A stretch of 64,000 nucleotides of DNA from Ligilactobacillus pabuli (GCF_022836475.1 NZ_BQXH01000005.1:71699-135698), one strand, 5' to 3'; counted from the first letter of the stretch, positions 47,104-57,352 are shown. Made by a program: numbers and translations. Notes: generated by a model not told the origin, from the sequence alone.

Positions 47104-48642
47104 CTATCTCTCCTTGAGCAAATCTTCCACAATTTTAACATCAGATTCATAGGGAACGTCTTGCCCCTGAATTTTCTGAGTAGCATCGCGGCCCTTTCCC
47201 GCAACTACGACGATTTCTCCTGGCTGGCTCAATTGTACCGCCTGGGTGATCGCAGTTTTACGGTCCGCCACGATTTGAACTGTGACTTGGTCGTTATTAA
47301 TATGTGACGCAATTTCTTGTGCGATCGCAATTGGGTCTTCAGTTGCTGGATCATCGGCGGTCAAAATTGCGACGTCAGCTACTTCGCCGATGGCCTGACC
47401 TAAACCGCTCCGGCGAGAAATCCCTTTATCTCCCGCGCTGCCAGTCACGACGAGTAATTTTTCATCCGGTTCCTGTTGATGCAAGAAACTCAACAAGGAT
47501 TTCAAACTAGCGTAGTTGTGCGCGTAATCAACATAGACTGTTCCATGATGTTCAGTCTGAAAAACTTCCATCCGGCCAGGAACGCGAACTGCTGGCAACT
47601 GTTGGCGAATCTCTGTCGCACTCGCTCCAGCCATTCCCGCTGCGATGATTGCCGCCAAGGCATTTTGTTGGTTATAGTCACCTGGGATGTCAATTTCATA
47701 CGTTCCATCCAACTGCAACTGTTCACCTTTGTCTGAATACGAGTGTACATTAATTTCACTGGCTGACAAGTCTTGTCTAGTTTCTGCAAATTCAAAATCA
47801 ACCTGGGTTTCAAAGGAAATCAGCGAATTTTCTCGAGCATATAAGTAAATATTTTCTTCTGGTAAAAAGCCCTGCGCTGCACTATAGATTTCATCAAAAT
47901 GGTCCGTTTCTGCATTAATAATCACATTTTTCGAATTTCGCAACAACTGCTCTTTACAATAGAGGTAGTCTGCAAAAGTCGGATGCTCGTTGCGGCCAAT
48001 ATGATCCGGTGAAATATTCAAAAAGATCCCCAGATCATATTTCAAGCCGTAAACACGGTTTTTCTTAAAGGCCTGCGAAGAAACTTCCATAATCAACTGT
48101 GTCATGCCACTTGCCACTGCCTCAGCCATATCATGAAATAAGTCCAGTGACTCTGGCGTCGTTAAATTAGACTTAAATTGCTGTTCCGGCTTGGGTCCCA
48201 CGATCCGGTCGATCGTCGAAAAAAGTGCAGTTTTACCCTCTGTCTGGGCGTTTTGAATGCCATGCGCAAAATACGCAGTCGTTGTTTTGCCCTTGGTACC
48301 GGTGATCCCAGTAATAAAGAGTTTGTTTTGTGGGAAATCATAAAAAGCTGCGCCCAGTAAGGCCATCGCCTGTTGCACATTGGACACAATAATCGCGGTC
48401 AATCCCGTACCTTCTTGGTAGTAGTGTTCAGCAACATAGGCTGTTGCTCCCTGATTCTTAGCCTGAGTTAAATATGCTGCCTGAAAATTTCCCTTACAAA
48501 AAAAGAGGGTCTGTGGCACAACTTGGCGTGAATCATAAGTCACATGTGCGAAGTTTGTCGGCTCATTTGGTTCATTATTTTTTTCAATTAGTAAGTTATG
48601 TTCTGACAATAGTGTCATGATTTGAGACATTGTAAGTGCCAT
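47104..48642 (-). CDS. murE: UDP-N-acetylmuramoyl-L-alanyl-D-glutamate--L-lysine ligase MurE
   Basis: 512 aa Mur ligase with GITGTKGKTTT P-loop and Lys-type features. Confidence 0.9.
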   Translation of the reverse strand: MALTMSQIMTLLSEHNLLIEKNNEPNEPTNFAHVTYDSRQVVPQTLFFCKGNFQAAYLTQAKNQGATAYVAEHYYQEGTGLTAIIVSNVQQAMALLGAAFYDFPQNKLFITGITGTKGKTTTAYFAHGIQNAQTEGKTALFSTIDRIVGPKPEQQFKSNLTTPESLDLFHDMAEAVASGMTQLIMEVSSQAFKKNRVYGLKYDLGIFLNISPDHIGRNEHPTFADYLYCKEQLLRNSKNVIINAETDHFDEIYSAAQGFLPEENIYLYARENSLISFETQVDFEFAETRQDLSASEINVHSYSDKGEQLQLDGTYEIDIPGDYNQQNALAAIIAAGMAGASATEIRQQLPAVRVPGRMEVFQTEHHGTVYVDYAHNYASLKSLLSFLHQQEPDEKLLVVTGSAGDKGISRRSGLGQAIGEVADVAILTADDPATEDPIAIAQEIASHINNDQVTVQIVADRKTAITQAVQLSQPGEIVVVAGKGRDATQKIQGQDVPYESDVKIVEDLLKER

Positions 48643-48896
48643 TCTTCAAAAATATCCCCTTTTATCGATCTTAGAATGGGTCGTTGATTTGGGTGTTAAA
48701 TTAGCAATCGTTTTAGCAGACCCCGCGACCTAAATTATAGTATGATATAAGCAAAATAGTTGCGAGAAAAATGCCCACAATCAGCCTTTTTAGCAACTAA
48801 AGTTATTGCTATTGTACCATAGAACTACGTAAGTTTCTGGCTGGAACGTCCAGTTCAAAGCGCTTTATCAATGTTTTTTAAAATAAATTAAAAATC

Positions 48897-49146
48897 ACGG
48901 AGTAAAGTAACCCGGTTAGAAGATGAGCACTAACAAGCTTTCGGGCATGATGCGGTTTAGGTATCGTGACAGAAAGTAGGTTAGGCGGAAAGTTCTGGGT
49001 TAAGTAGCTCGTCTATAATCACAGAGCGGAACAAACCGGGAGAACTCGAGCACCATCGGAACCCAGGAATTAATGCGTTTTTGGCATTGACCCTGAGTTT
49101 AGATGGGCGGAAAGTTCTGGTTTGAGTAGCTCGCCTACAATCACAA
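48897..49146 (-). repeat. Family A repeats in inverted orientation (variant A2 copy plus one standard copy)
   Basis: 48897-49030 is the reverse complement of the A2 variant seen at 57913-58043. 49025-49145 is the reverse complement of a standard copy. Confidence 0.85.
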
Positions 49147-49181
49147 ACTTACACTCACACCTAAGAAAGCAGGAAAAGCCT

Positions 49182-50069
49182 ATGACAAAAAATTATGGTG
49201 TTTTTTTCAACAAGAATTCTGGCGATGGCAGTGGTACTAACATCGCTAAGTTGTGTCAAGAAAAACTAACTACTAAAGACATTAACAGTTGTCTCATTAC
49301 CGGGGACTCCTTAGAAGATTCCCAAGAAAACCTCGCCAACACTTTGTCCAAACTCGACGCCTTAGTTGTAATTGGCGGAGATGGGACTTTAAATGGTGCT
49401 TTCAGCGTCTTGCTCCAACGCGACCATCCACTGCCAGTCGCCATTATTCCAGCGGGAACGGTTAATAATTTTGCCAAAAGATATCGTATCCCGCAAGAAA
49501 CTGATGCGGCGATTGCCAATCTGCTGGAACCTGGCAAGATCAAGAAAGTTGGTCTGGGAAAATGTAGTGCAGGTCAGGCCATCGTTAGCTCGCTCACCTT
49601 TGGTAATTTAGCTGACATGTCTAATGAAGTACGGCAACAAGATAAGCAAAAATTCGGCTTAGGTGTCTACTTGCTGCAAGCTCTCCAACAAATCGGACAC
49701 AATAAGTCCTATCTGATCAAATATGAATACGGCAACCACCACGTTAAAACTCTACGGACTTGGTTTGCTCTGCTGACTACTACCCGTTCTGTGGGTGGAT
49801 TTCCTTATGATGATGGAGCAAAAGGCAAACTACATGTTTCGTTGTTAAATAATATTCATCTCAGACAAGTAGGTGCGTACTTGTATTTTGCGATCACTGG
49901 TCGTTTACGTTCGTCTAATAATATTACAGCCTTTAGTACCCAAAAAATCACAGTCAGCCCGGTAGATGGACAAGAAGTTGTTTCACGAATCGATGGTGAT
50001 GAGGGCCCCAAGCTTCCACTGACCATCGAATTTCTCCCTGAATATTTGCCATTAATGGTCCCACGTTAA
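49182..50069 (+). CDS. Diacylglycerol/lipid kinase (DagK/YegS family)
   Basis: 295 aa from ATG 49182 (AGGAAAAG RBS) with the GGDGT motif. The longer track ORF begins inside the repeat. Confidence 0.8.
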   Translation: MTKNYGVFFNKNSGDGSGTNIAKLCQEKLTTKDINSCLITGDSLEDSQENLANTLSKLDALVVIGGDGTLNGAFSVLLQRDHPLPVAIIPAGTVNNFAKRYRIPQETDAAIANLLEPGKIKKVGLGKCSAGQAIVSSLTFGNLADMSNEVRQQDKQKFGLGVYLLQALQQIGHNKSYLIKYEYGNHHVKTLRTWFALLTTTRSVGGFPYDDGAKGKLHVSLLNNIHLRQVGAYLYFAITGRLRSSNNITAFSTQKITVSPVDGQEVVSRIDGDEGPKLPLTIEFLPEYLPLMVPR

Positions 50070-50186
50070 TTGCATTAATTCAAGTTACTTTACTATCCAA
50101 AATTCACCAAACTCGTTACAATAAGGATGAGAAGTGAAGTCGTTAAACACAACGAGTCACTCACTGATTTAGAAAGGATGATTAGT

Positions 50187-50639
50187 ATGTATCGTAATAT
50201 TTTAGTTCCCCTTGATGGTAGTTCTAATTCAAAACGTGCTCTCGATGAAGCCATCGATCTATCCAGTAAGTTTGGTTCAAAAATTTTTATACTTTCTGTC
50301 ATCAATGACAGTAACTTAATTTTTACGACTGGCTCTCCTGACATGATTTTACAAGGACTTCACAGTAACGCTGAAGAAGTTGCAGCTAATGGTAAAAAAC
50401 AAGCTGCCGACCGTGGTATTGCCGTTGAAGCCTTCGTTGAACGAGGAATTCCTAAGCAAATTATCGCCGAACAATTTCCTAAAGAACACGACATTGACTT
50501 GATCGTCATTGGTAAGTCTGGTGCCGATGCTTTTGACCGACTGCTAATTGGTTCTACTACCAGTTATGTAGTCCGGAGAAGTAAGGCGAAAATTTTAGTG
50601 ATTAATGATGAAGAACCTGAAGAAACAAAAGAAAACTAA
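50187..50639 (+). CDS. Universal stress protein UspA family
   Basis: 150 aa from ATG 50187 (AAAGGA RBS). Confidence 0.8.
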   Translation: MYRNILVPLDGSSNSKRALDEAIDLSSKFGSKIFILSVINDSNLIFTTGSPDMILQGLHSNAEEVAANGKKQAADRGIAVEAFVERGIPKQIIAEQFPKEHDIDLIVIGKSGADAFDRLLIGSTTSYVVRRSKAKILVINDEEPEETKEN

Positions 50640-50658
50640 CTAGCACTACCCAAAATTA

Positions 50659-50712
50659 ACCCAAAAAAACAGGCACTAGAAAGCGAAATTTACTTTCTAG
50701 CGCCTGCTTTTT
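50659..50712 (+). terminator. Rho-independent terminator
   Basis: CAGGCACTAGAAAG..CTTTCTAGCGCCTGCTTTTT. Confidence 0.6.
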
Positions 50713-50741
50713 AGTATTTTTTAAATTCACAACGTTTAAGC

Positions 50742-51020
50742 CTAGGCTCTAACCACTAAATTATTTTCTAAATATTCAACGACACCTGTCCCAGTGCCAA
50801 ATAAAATATACTCACGCTTCCCCACATAAAATGCGAGCCGTTTGACACCCAAATACAGTTCATTGGTCAAGCCGCTGATTTGTCGCAGGTCCACTTGCCA
50901 TTTTAACGGCCGTCTCAACCCCTGGCTCACACAAATTTTCATATATCCTGCCTGAAACTGGATATTTAAAAAGCCAAAATAAGTTCGTGGTCCCTCAATA
51001 ATTTGTGCGTAAGTATTCAT
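50742..51020 (-). CDS. Hypothetical protein (92 aa)
   Basis: ORF only; no recognisable motif. Confidence 0.4.
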   Translation of the reverse strand: MNTYAQIIEGPRTYFGFLNIQFQAGYMKICVSQGLRRPLKWQVDLRQISGLTNELYLGVKRLAFYVGKREYILFGTGTGVVEYLENNLVVRA

Positions 51021-51211
51021 CGTCTTTCTCTCCCTTAATGTACCAATTTGATCAGTCTTCTCTCACATTCATCCTAGCATTTAACCGCTTTCATCTCAAG
51101 AAAAATCTATGGTACACAATTAAAACCACAGTATTTTCCTTGGAAATTTTCCATTAAAAAAAGCCGTCCCCCCTTATAGGAAACGACCGTTAATAATTTA
51201 ATTAATAGGTT

Positions 51212-52153
51212 TTATGGCAAATCGTTGCCAGCTGCCAAGTAAACATCATACCATTCTTGGCGTGTCAACTGGACATCAGCACCAGTAGCTGTATCCTTCA
51301 AATGTTCAGGATTCATCGTTCCAGCAATCACTTGAATCTTAGCTGGATGACGTAAGATCCAGGCTGCACCGATTGCATTCTTAGAAACGCCGTACTTATC
51401 AGCCAGTTTTTGCAAAGCAGCGTTAACTTCTGGGAAGTCAGGATTGTTAATAAATGTACCTTCAATTTGCCCATACTGGAATGGTGACCAAGCTTGCACA
51501 GTCATTTGATGCAACTGTGAGTATTCCAAGATCCCGCCATCGTGATCGATACTGCGAGCATCTGTCATGTTAGTATGAATACCAAAGTCAATTGGACCCG
51601 TATGCATGACACTGACCTGTAACTGGTTGATCAGTAGTTTTTGACTAACAGCTGATTGTAATAAGGCTACTTGACCAGGGTTCATGTTAGACACACCAAA
51701 GTGACGAACTTTCCCAGAATTTTGTAATTCATCAAAAGCAGATGCAACTTCTGCTGGATCCATCAAAGCATCAGGACGGTGTAATAAGAAACTATCCAAA
51801 TGATCAACGCCCATCCGTTGTAAGATACCATCAACAGTCTCTAACAAATATTTCTTAGAGAAATCATAGCGTGTTGCTGCACCACCACGAGCAGGATCTT
51901 TAAAAATTCCACCCTTTGATTGAATGGCAAAATCATCAGCTGTTAAGGACGATTTTTTCAAAGCAGCTCCAAAAACTTCTTCTGCCTTGCCGCTGCCATA
52001 AACATCAGCTGAGTCAATATAGTTGATTCCACTTTCCTTTGCGGTTTCCAATACTTTAACAGCTTCATCAACTGTTAAAGCGTCCATCCGCATGATCCCT
52101 AAAATGATTTCTGAACCTGTAAAACCTGTTCCACCAATTTTTACATCTTTCAT
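51212..52153 (-). CDS. Aldo/keto reductase family oxidoreductase
   Basis: 313 aa AKR fold. Confidence 0.85.
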   Translation of the reverse strand: MKDVKIGGTGFTGSEIILGIMRMDALTVDEAVKVLETAKESGINYIDSADVYGSGKAEEVFGAALKKSSLTADDFAIQSKGGIFKDPARGGAATRYDFSKKYLLETVDGILQRMGVDHLDSFLLHRPDALMDPAEVASAFDELQNSGKVRHFGVSNMNPGQVALLQSAVSQKLLINQLQVSVMHTGPIDFGIHTNMTDARSIDHDGGILEYSQLHQMTVQAWSPFQYGQIEGTFINNPDFPEVNAALQKLADKYGVSKNAIGAAWILRHPAKIQVIAGTMNPEHLKDTATGADVQLTRQEWYDVYLAAGNDLP

Positions 52154-52328
52154 TCTGTGAGGTCCTCCTCTTTTGTGGTCAAAGTTTGCAGACGTGAGTT
52201 TCCGCCTGACTTTCTACTTATATTCACTAGTATAAAGCTTTTGAAACGAGTAAAACAAGTAACTCGCAATCTAAAAATAAAAATTTTAACTAAAAGAAAA
52301 AAACGTAATTACACTATTAGCTATTTGA

Positions 52329-52514
52329 CTAATGACTGTTCCCTTTTCTTTTCTTAATCAGCTGTTTGGTAAACAAAATTACTATTACCGCAGGAAGTTC
52401 AATCGCTATCGCAATTAGAAACTGATTCCAATTGTTTGGCGAAAGACACAGAAAATAAACAAGTGAAATTGCCACCACAGAAAGATAATCTAGTAGAATT
52501 CTTTTCAAACTCAT
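52329..52514 (-). CDS. Small membrane protein (61 aa, two TM helices, KKRKGNSH tail)
   Basis: Strong AGGAGG RBS 6 nt before ATG. Confidence 0.5.
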   Translation of the reverse strand: MSLKRILLDYLSVVAISLVYFLCLSPNNWNQFLIAIAIELPAVIVILFTKQLIKKRKGNSH

Positions 52515-52752
52515 ATGTGCCTCCTAACCTCCACAACAGTGCAGCTAACTCGTAGAGAATATGAAGTATGATAATCCTGATAGTCTGTTACAGTTATTTG
52601 TATTCAATACTATCAAATAAAAACATCCTTCAAAAAAGACAAAAGTCTGCGATAAGGAAAGTAGTATTTCTTTCTTATAGCTTAACCGTAGCAAAAAAAT
52701 AATTTATTTGTCAAACGTTTACATTGTTATGCTAGTGTCAATTTTTGTTACA

Positions 52753-52894
52753 AGCCAGACTCTGTTTTTAGTCGAGCTCCACCAGTCAGGACTTTCCCCT
52801 ATCCAAGACCAGCCTTCAATGCCAAGTACGCATTAAAGACTAGGCTCCGATAGTGCTCGAGTCCTCCCAACTGGCTCCGCTCTGTTTTTTGCTT
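52753..52894 (+). repeat. Family A repeat, one copy plus partial tail; its T-rich end runs into the -35 of the downstream promoter
   Basis: TAGTCGAGCTCCACCAGTCAGG..CAATGCCAAGTACGCATTAAAGAC..GGCTCCGCTCTGTTTTTTGC. Confidence 0.85.
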
Positions 52895-53213
52895 GACATC
52901 CTCACTTAGTTTTTCTATACTTAAAACAATTAATTAACGGAAAGGACGAAAAAGAATGCAACAGTCAGTCGCTCACATTTTGAATATGGCTTGGCAAAGC
53001 CGGCACGCAAGGTCGTAAATGTCTTGAACGGATACGATCTGGCAAACAGTTTGTATCCGTGCCGACTGCTTTTTCGTTTGTCGAAGTCTGCATGGTCTAA
53101 CATGGCAGGCTTTGGCGTCAATACCTTTAAGGGTAAACCAGAGTATGCTGGTTTGCCCTTATTTTTTTGCACTACTTTCAACTACTTACTACAGAAACGG
53201 AGTGAATTTACCG
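52893..53213 (+). promoter_or_regulatory. Promoter (TTGACA-17-TATACT) and about 285-nt leader with intrinsic terminator upstream of the PF04392-type ABC transporter. Includes a short leader ORF (MQQSVAHILNMAWQSRHARS, 52956-53018).
   Basis: -35 at 52893-52898, -10 at 52916-52921. Terminator GGGTAAACCAG-agtatg-CTGGTTTGCCC plus TTATTTTTTT at 53131-53168. Upstream GGCAAACAG (53041-53049), in the loop of hairpin GGATAC..GTATCC, can pair with the terminator 3' arm. Confidence 0.55.
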
Positions 53214-54221
53214 ATGAAACGAATTATCACATTTATCAGCGCTATCATCATTTTCTTAGTTGCCATGCTGCTCACCCAGCCGGCACAAAATGCTCAACAA
53301 AAACTCACCCACAAAAAGGTGATCAAGGTCGGAATTCTCCAACTGGTCAGTCACCCAGCACTAGATCAGATCCATGCTGGTATTATTAGCGGCTTAAAGG
53401 ATGAGGGCTTCGTTGCTGGCAAAAACATTCGGGTCGACTTTCAAAATGCCCAAGGGGACCAAAGTGACTTAAAAACGATGGCGCAACAATTAGCGGATCG
53501 GTCTGACATTTTATTTGGGATCGCCACCCCGGCTGCACAGTCGTTAGTTAACTCGGCCAGCAAAACTACCCCCATCATGATGGCGGGAATCAGTGACGCA
53601 GCTGGTAGCGGTTTGGTCAAATCCGAACAGCACCCCGGTGGCAACGTCACTGGTGCTTCCGGCGACTCGCCTCTAGAAAAACAGCTCAAGTTAATTCAAG
53701 ATATCATGCCTCAAGCGAAAAAAATTGGCGTGATTTATACTTCTTCCGATGCGGGTGGTCAAAGTAACGCCAGAAAGTTTGCCAAATTAGTGACTAAAGC
53801 CGGACTACAACCCAAAATGTACACCATCGCCAACACCAACGACATGCAGCAAATCAGCCAACAAATGGCCAGTCAAGTCGATGCGATTTACGCTCCGCAA
53901 GATAACGGTGTGGCTTCTGCCATGAAAACTTTAGTCAATAATGCCAACCAAGCAGGCAAACCTGTTTTCCCTGCCGCTGACACCATGGTTAAAGACGGTG
54001 GGACTGCTGCTTACGCCATCGACCAACATGATTTAGGCCGCTTAGCTGGTCACATGGCTGGCCAAGTACTCAAGGGCAAACAAAAAACTGCCACTTATCC
54101 AGTGGGTTTTGTCGTTAAGGGCAAGTATGTCATTAACCAAGCTCAAGTTGACCGGCTGCACATTTCAATTCCAGCAAACATCCTGGAACAAGCACACAAG
54201 AATGGGAGGATCATCAAATGA
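53214..54221 (+). CDS. ABC transporter substrate-binding lipoprotein, PF04392 (ABC_sub_bind) family
   Basis: 336 aa from ATG 53214 (GGAGTG RBS) with a signal peptide. Confidence 0.85.
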   Translation: MKRIITFISAIIIFLVAMLLTQPAQNAQQKLTHKKVIKVGILQLVSHPALDQIHAGIISGLKDEGFVAGKNIRVDFQNAQGDQSDLKTMAQQLADRSDILFGIATPAAQSLVNSASKTTPIMMAGISDAAGSGLVKSEQHPGGNVTGASGDSPLEKQLKLIQDIMPQAKKIGVIYTSSDAGGQSNARKFAKLVTKAGLQPKMYTIANTNDMQQISQQMASQVDAIYAPQDNGVASAMKTLVNNANQAGKPVFPAADTMVKDGGTAAYAIDQHDLGRLAGHMAGQVLKGKQKTATYPVGFVVKGKYVINQAQVDRLHISIPANILEQAHKNGRIIK

Positions 54222-55120
54222 GTTTAATTACATCTAGCATTGGGCAAGGACTCTTATGGGCGATTTTAGGGATTGCCTTATTTCTAACTTTTCGCGTCCT
54301 TGATTTTCCTGACATGACTGTTGAAGGAACTTTTCCGTTGGGTGCCGCTGTGACCGTTACTGCAATCACCCATGGAGCAAGCCCTCTTTTAGCAACCTGT
54401 GCCGGCTTTTTAGCAGGAGCTTGTGGCGGCTTAGTGACAGGTTTGTTATATACTAAAGGAAAAATTCCGATTTTGTTAGCGGGGATCCTCGTAATGACCG
54501 CCTGTCTGTCAATTAACTTACGGGTCATGGGCGGTTCTAACGTCTCCTTGATTGGACAACAAACCTTTTTTTCAGCTAACTTTTTCCAAAGTTTGCCAAA
54601 ATACTTTGATAGTGTCTTAATTGGGGCTGCCACGATCCTCGTGATCACTGGTCTAGTTGCCCTCTTCTTAGAAACTGAATTGGGACAAGCCTTTATTGTC
54701 ACTGGCGATAATCCCATGATGGCACGTTCTCAGGGGATCAACACTGACAACATGACCATTTTAGGCTTAACCTTATCCAATGGATTAGTTGGTCTCTGTG
54801 GCGCATTAATCTCGCAAAGTAACGGCTACGCAGATGCTAACATGGGGATCGGCATTATCGTTGTCGCCCTGGCTTCTATTATTATCGGTGAAGTCGTTTT
54901 TGGTGATCTAACTTTAAACCAACGACTAATTGCCGTCACGCTAGGTAGTATCATTTATCGCTTTGTTTTGTTGCTGGTCTTGCAACTTGGCTTTTCAACC
55001 AACGACCTCAACTTAATTTCTGCTATCATTTTAGCTTTATGTATGATGTTACCCAACTTACGTAACTCGCTACACTTAAATGGAATTCTACGAAAGGGGC
55101 TCAGTCATAATGACCGTTGA
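54218..55120 (+). CDS. ABC transporter permease partner of the PF04392 binding protein
   Basis: 300 aa polytopic; start overlaps the upstream stop by 4 nt. Confidence 0.85.
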   Translation: MSLITSSIGQGLLWAILGIALFLTFRVLDFPDMTVEGTFPLGAAVTVTAITHGASPLLATCAGFLAGACGGLVTGLLYTKGKIPILLAGILVMTACLSINLRVMGGSNVSLIGQQTFFSANFFQSLPKYFDSVLIGAATILVITGLVALFLETELGQAFIVTGDNPMMARSQGINTDNMTILGLTLSNGLVGLCGALISQSNGYADANMGIGIIVVALASIIIGEVVFGDLTLNQRLIAVTLGSIIYRFVLLLVLQLGFSTNDLNLISAIILALCMMLPNLRNSLHLNGILRKGLSHNDR

Positions 55121-55883
55121 TCAACCAGCTGTTTTAACCTTAAAAAATGTCGCTACGCTTGTTAATCGTAACACTCCCAACGAAACCAAAATTCTCAAAA
55201 ACCTGGATCTGCAAGTTTTCCCTGGGGATTTTATTACTGTGATAGGGTCCAACGGTGCAGGAAAATCGACCCTTTTCAACACCATTTCAGGTGATATTGT
55301 GCCCGATGAAGGCCAAGTCTTGCTGAATGGTCAAGATATTACCCATGATTCCGTTGAAAAACGGACCAAGTTTCTAAGTCGTGTTTTTCAAGACCCAAAA
55401 ATGGGGACAGCACCCCGGATGACTGTTGCCGAAAATCTCTTATTAGCTGTCAAACGCGGACAAAAGCGTGGACTCGGACTACGACATTTGCACGCTAATA
55501 AAGCCCGTTTTAAAATGTTGGCAGCAACCATGGGCAACGGTCTAGCTGAACGGCTGGACACTCCGACCGAAAATCTTTCTGGTGGACAGCGCCAAACTCT
55601 GAGCTTCTTAATGGCGACGCTCAACCGCCCCGAAATTTTATTACTAGACGAACACACCGCAGCTTTAGATCCAAAAACTAGTGCAGGTTTAATGGAACAA
55701 ACCAGCAAAACTGTCGCTGAACAACAGTTGACTTGTTTGATGATCACTCATCACATGGAAGATGCCCTGAAATACGGCAACCGCTTATTAGTCTTGCATG
55801 CTGGTAAAATCACCCTTGATGTCCGGGGTGAACAAAAGGCACAAATGACCAAGGAACAAATCATGCAACTCTTCGTTGACTAG
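55110..55883 (+). CDS. ABC transporter ATP-binding protein
   Basis: Walker A GSNGAGKST, signature LSGGQRQ, Walker B LLLDE; overlaps the permease end. Confidence 0.85.
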   Translation: MTVDQPAVLTLKNVATLVNRNTPNETKILKNLDLQVFPGDFITVIGSNGAGKSTLFNTISGDIVPDEGQVLLNGQDITHDSVEKRTKFLSRVFQDPKMGTAPRMTVAENLLLAVKRGQKRGLGLRHLHANKARFKMLAATMGNGLAERLDTPTENLSGGQRQTLSFLMATLNRPEILLLDEHTAALDPKTSAGLMEQTSKTVAEQQLTCLMITHHMEDALKYGNRLLVLHAGKITLDVRGEQKAQMTKEQIMQLFVD

Positions 55884-55897
55884 TAGTAATTAATTTG

Positions 55898-55945
55898 GCA
55901 GAGAACAACCCACTTCAGGGGCCTGTTTCTCTGCCATTTTTTGTT
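55898..55945 (+). terminator. Rho-independent terminator
   Basis: GGCAGAGAACA..TGTTTCTCTGCCATTTTTTG. Confidence 0.65.
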
Positions 55946-56068
55946 GAACTGCCCCAAAGCCCATTTTTCTGAAAATAGTACATTAGGCATAACATTTTAC
56001 TAAAACGTTTTCTTTCGTTACCATTAAAGTGTACTCAAACTTAAAAACCGAGAAAGGAAGCGATTTTT

Positions 56069-57292
56069 ATGGATACCACAGCATTTTGGCAGTCATTTCA
56101 AAACACTTTACCCTCGATCATAAAAGGGGTAGTGCTGCTCTTGATTGCGTGGCTCGTTGCCACATTACTCAAGAACTTAGTGACAAAAGGTTTCAAGAAG
56201 ATTAAGTTGGATGAACTCTTAGTCAAATGGAAGCTATTTACGGACAAAAAACAAGCTGATAGTTTGTTAGATGCCTTGGGCAAAATTTTCTACTACCTGG
56301 TTTGGCTGTTATTCTTACCCGGAATTTTTACGACCTTCGGATTAAATTCAATTGCCACACCAATTACAGACATGATGAATTACATTTTGCAGTACCTGCC
56401 TAACATTCTATTGGCAGCCGTGCTCTTAACGATCGGGATCTTAGTCGCTAAACTCGTTAAAAGTTTAGTGTACAATCTCTCTGTGACTCTCAAAGTTGAT
56501 CATTATCTGCATAAATTTATTGGAACGTCTGACAAAGAAGAAACTCCTGAAAAAGATTCGGTTGCCAACGTTTTGGCAATGATCTGTTACTTGTTTGTAC
56601 TGATTCCAATTGCAATTGTTGCCCTAGAAGCCTTAAAAATCGCGACAATTACCAAACCGCTAGTCACAGTCTTAAATAGCATTCTGGGAGCAATTCCTGA
56701 TATTTTAGTCGCTGTGATCTTACTAACAGTTGGGATCGTGATTGCCAAAGTTGCCGGGAACTTAATCGCTAGTTTATTATCCAATACTGGGATCGATAAG
56801 ATGGCTGCTAGCTTATATCCCGCAGAAAAAACACCCGCAACGACTCTTTCCAAGATCTTAGGTCAAATCGTTGCCGTTGTCATTGGGCTATTCTTTGTCG
56901 TTGAGGCAATCGGTGCTTTGCATCTGCCAGTCTTAGACCATGTCGGGACTGCGATCATCGGCTACTTGCCAAACCTCTTATTTGCCGTAATTATCTTGGG
57001 ATTAGGCTTTTTCGGCGGTCAATTTGTTGGTAAACTGCTCACCAAAGCTACTAAAAATAAATGGTTGGGCATGATCACTCAGTCTGTCTTTGGGATCTTT
57101 GCCGTCTTCATGGCATTAGACCAGCTCAACTTCGCTAACAGTATCGTAAATATTGCGTTCTTGTTTATTATCGGTGGTTTATCCGTGGCCTTTGCGGTTG
57201 CCTTTGGTCTAGGCGGACGTGACTTTGCCCACCACCAATTGGACAAGTTAGATAAAAAATTAGATGAAGAAGATCACGACGAACAAAATTAA
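56069..57292 (+). CDS. Membrane protein built from four repeats of a conserved TM-helix motif (mechanosensitive-channel N-terminal-like), acidic C-terminal tail
   Basis: Repeated LPxIL..AVxLLxxGIxxAK segments at about residues 13, 108, 205 and 300. Confidence 0.65.
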   Translation: MDTTAFWQSFQNTLPSIIKGVVLLLIAWLVATLLKNLVTKGFKKIKLDELLVKWKLFTDKKQADSLLDALGKIFYYLVWLLFLPGIFTTFGLNSIATPITDMMNYILQYLPNILLAAVLLTIGILVAKLVKSLVYNLSVTLKVDHYLHKFIGTSDKEETPEKDSVANVLAMICYLFVLIPIAIVALEALKIATITKPLVTVLNSILGAIPDILVAVILLTVGIVIAKVAGNLIASLLSNTGIDKMAASLYPAEKTPATTLSKILGQIVAVVIGLFFVVEAIGALHLPVLDHVGTAIIGYLPNLLFAVIILGLGFFGGQFVGKLLTKATKNKWLGMITQSVFGIFAVFMALDQLNFANSIVNIAFLFIIGGLSVAFAVAFGLGGRDFAHHQLDKLDKKLDEEDHDEQN

Positions 57293-57307
57293 CAGTAAGT
57301 GATTCCC

Positions 57308-57352
57308 TTTTGCAGTACCAACTCCCCGAACTGGGTGATTGGTGCTGCTTTT
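57308..57352 (+). terminator. Rho-independent terminator
   Basis: AGCACCAACTCCCC..GGGTGATTGGTGCTGCTTTTTTTG. Confidence 0.55.

Noticed and set aside
49122-49181. Longer dagK start (MSSSPTITNLHSHLRKQEKP..)
   Set aside because: It begins inside the family A repeat. An AGGAAAAG SD precedes the internal ATG at 49182.
52930-53181. T-box riboswitch call for the leader of the PF04392 ABC operon
   Set aside because: No GGGUGGNACCGCG T-box sequence or UGGN bulge. Reported instead as an unclassified attenuator.
53112-53213. N-terminal extension of the PF04392 binding-protein ORF, and ORF 52991..53389
   Set aside because: The extension spans the leader terminator and has no RBS. The true start is ATG 53214 with GGAGTG SD. 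52991..53389 is in another frame over the same leader.
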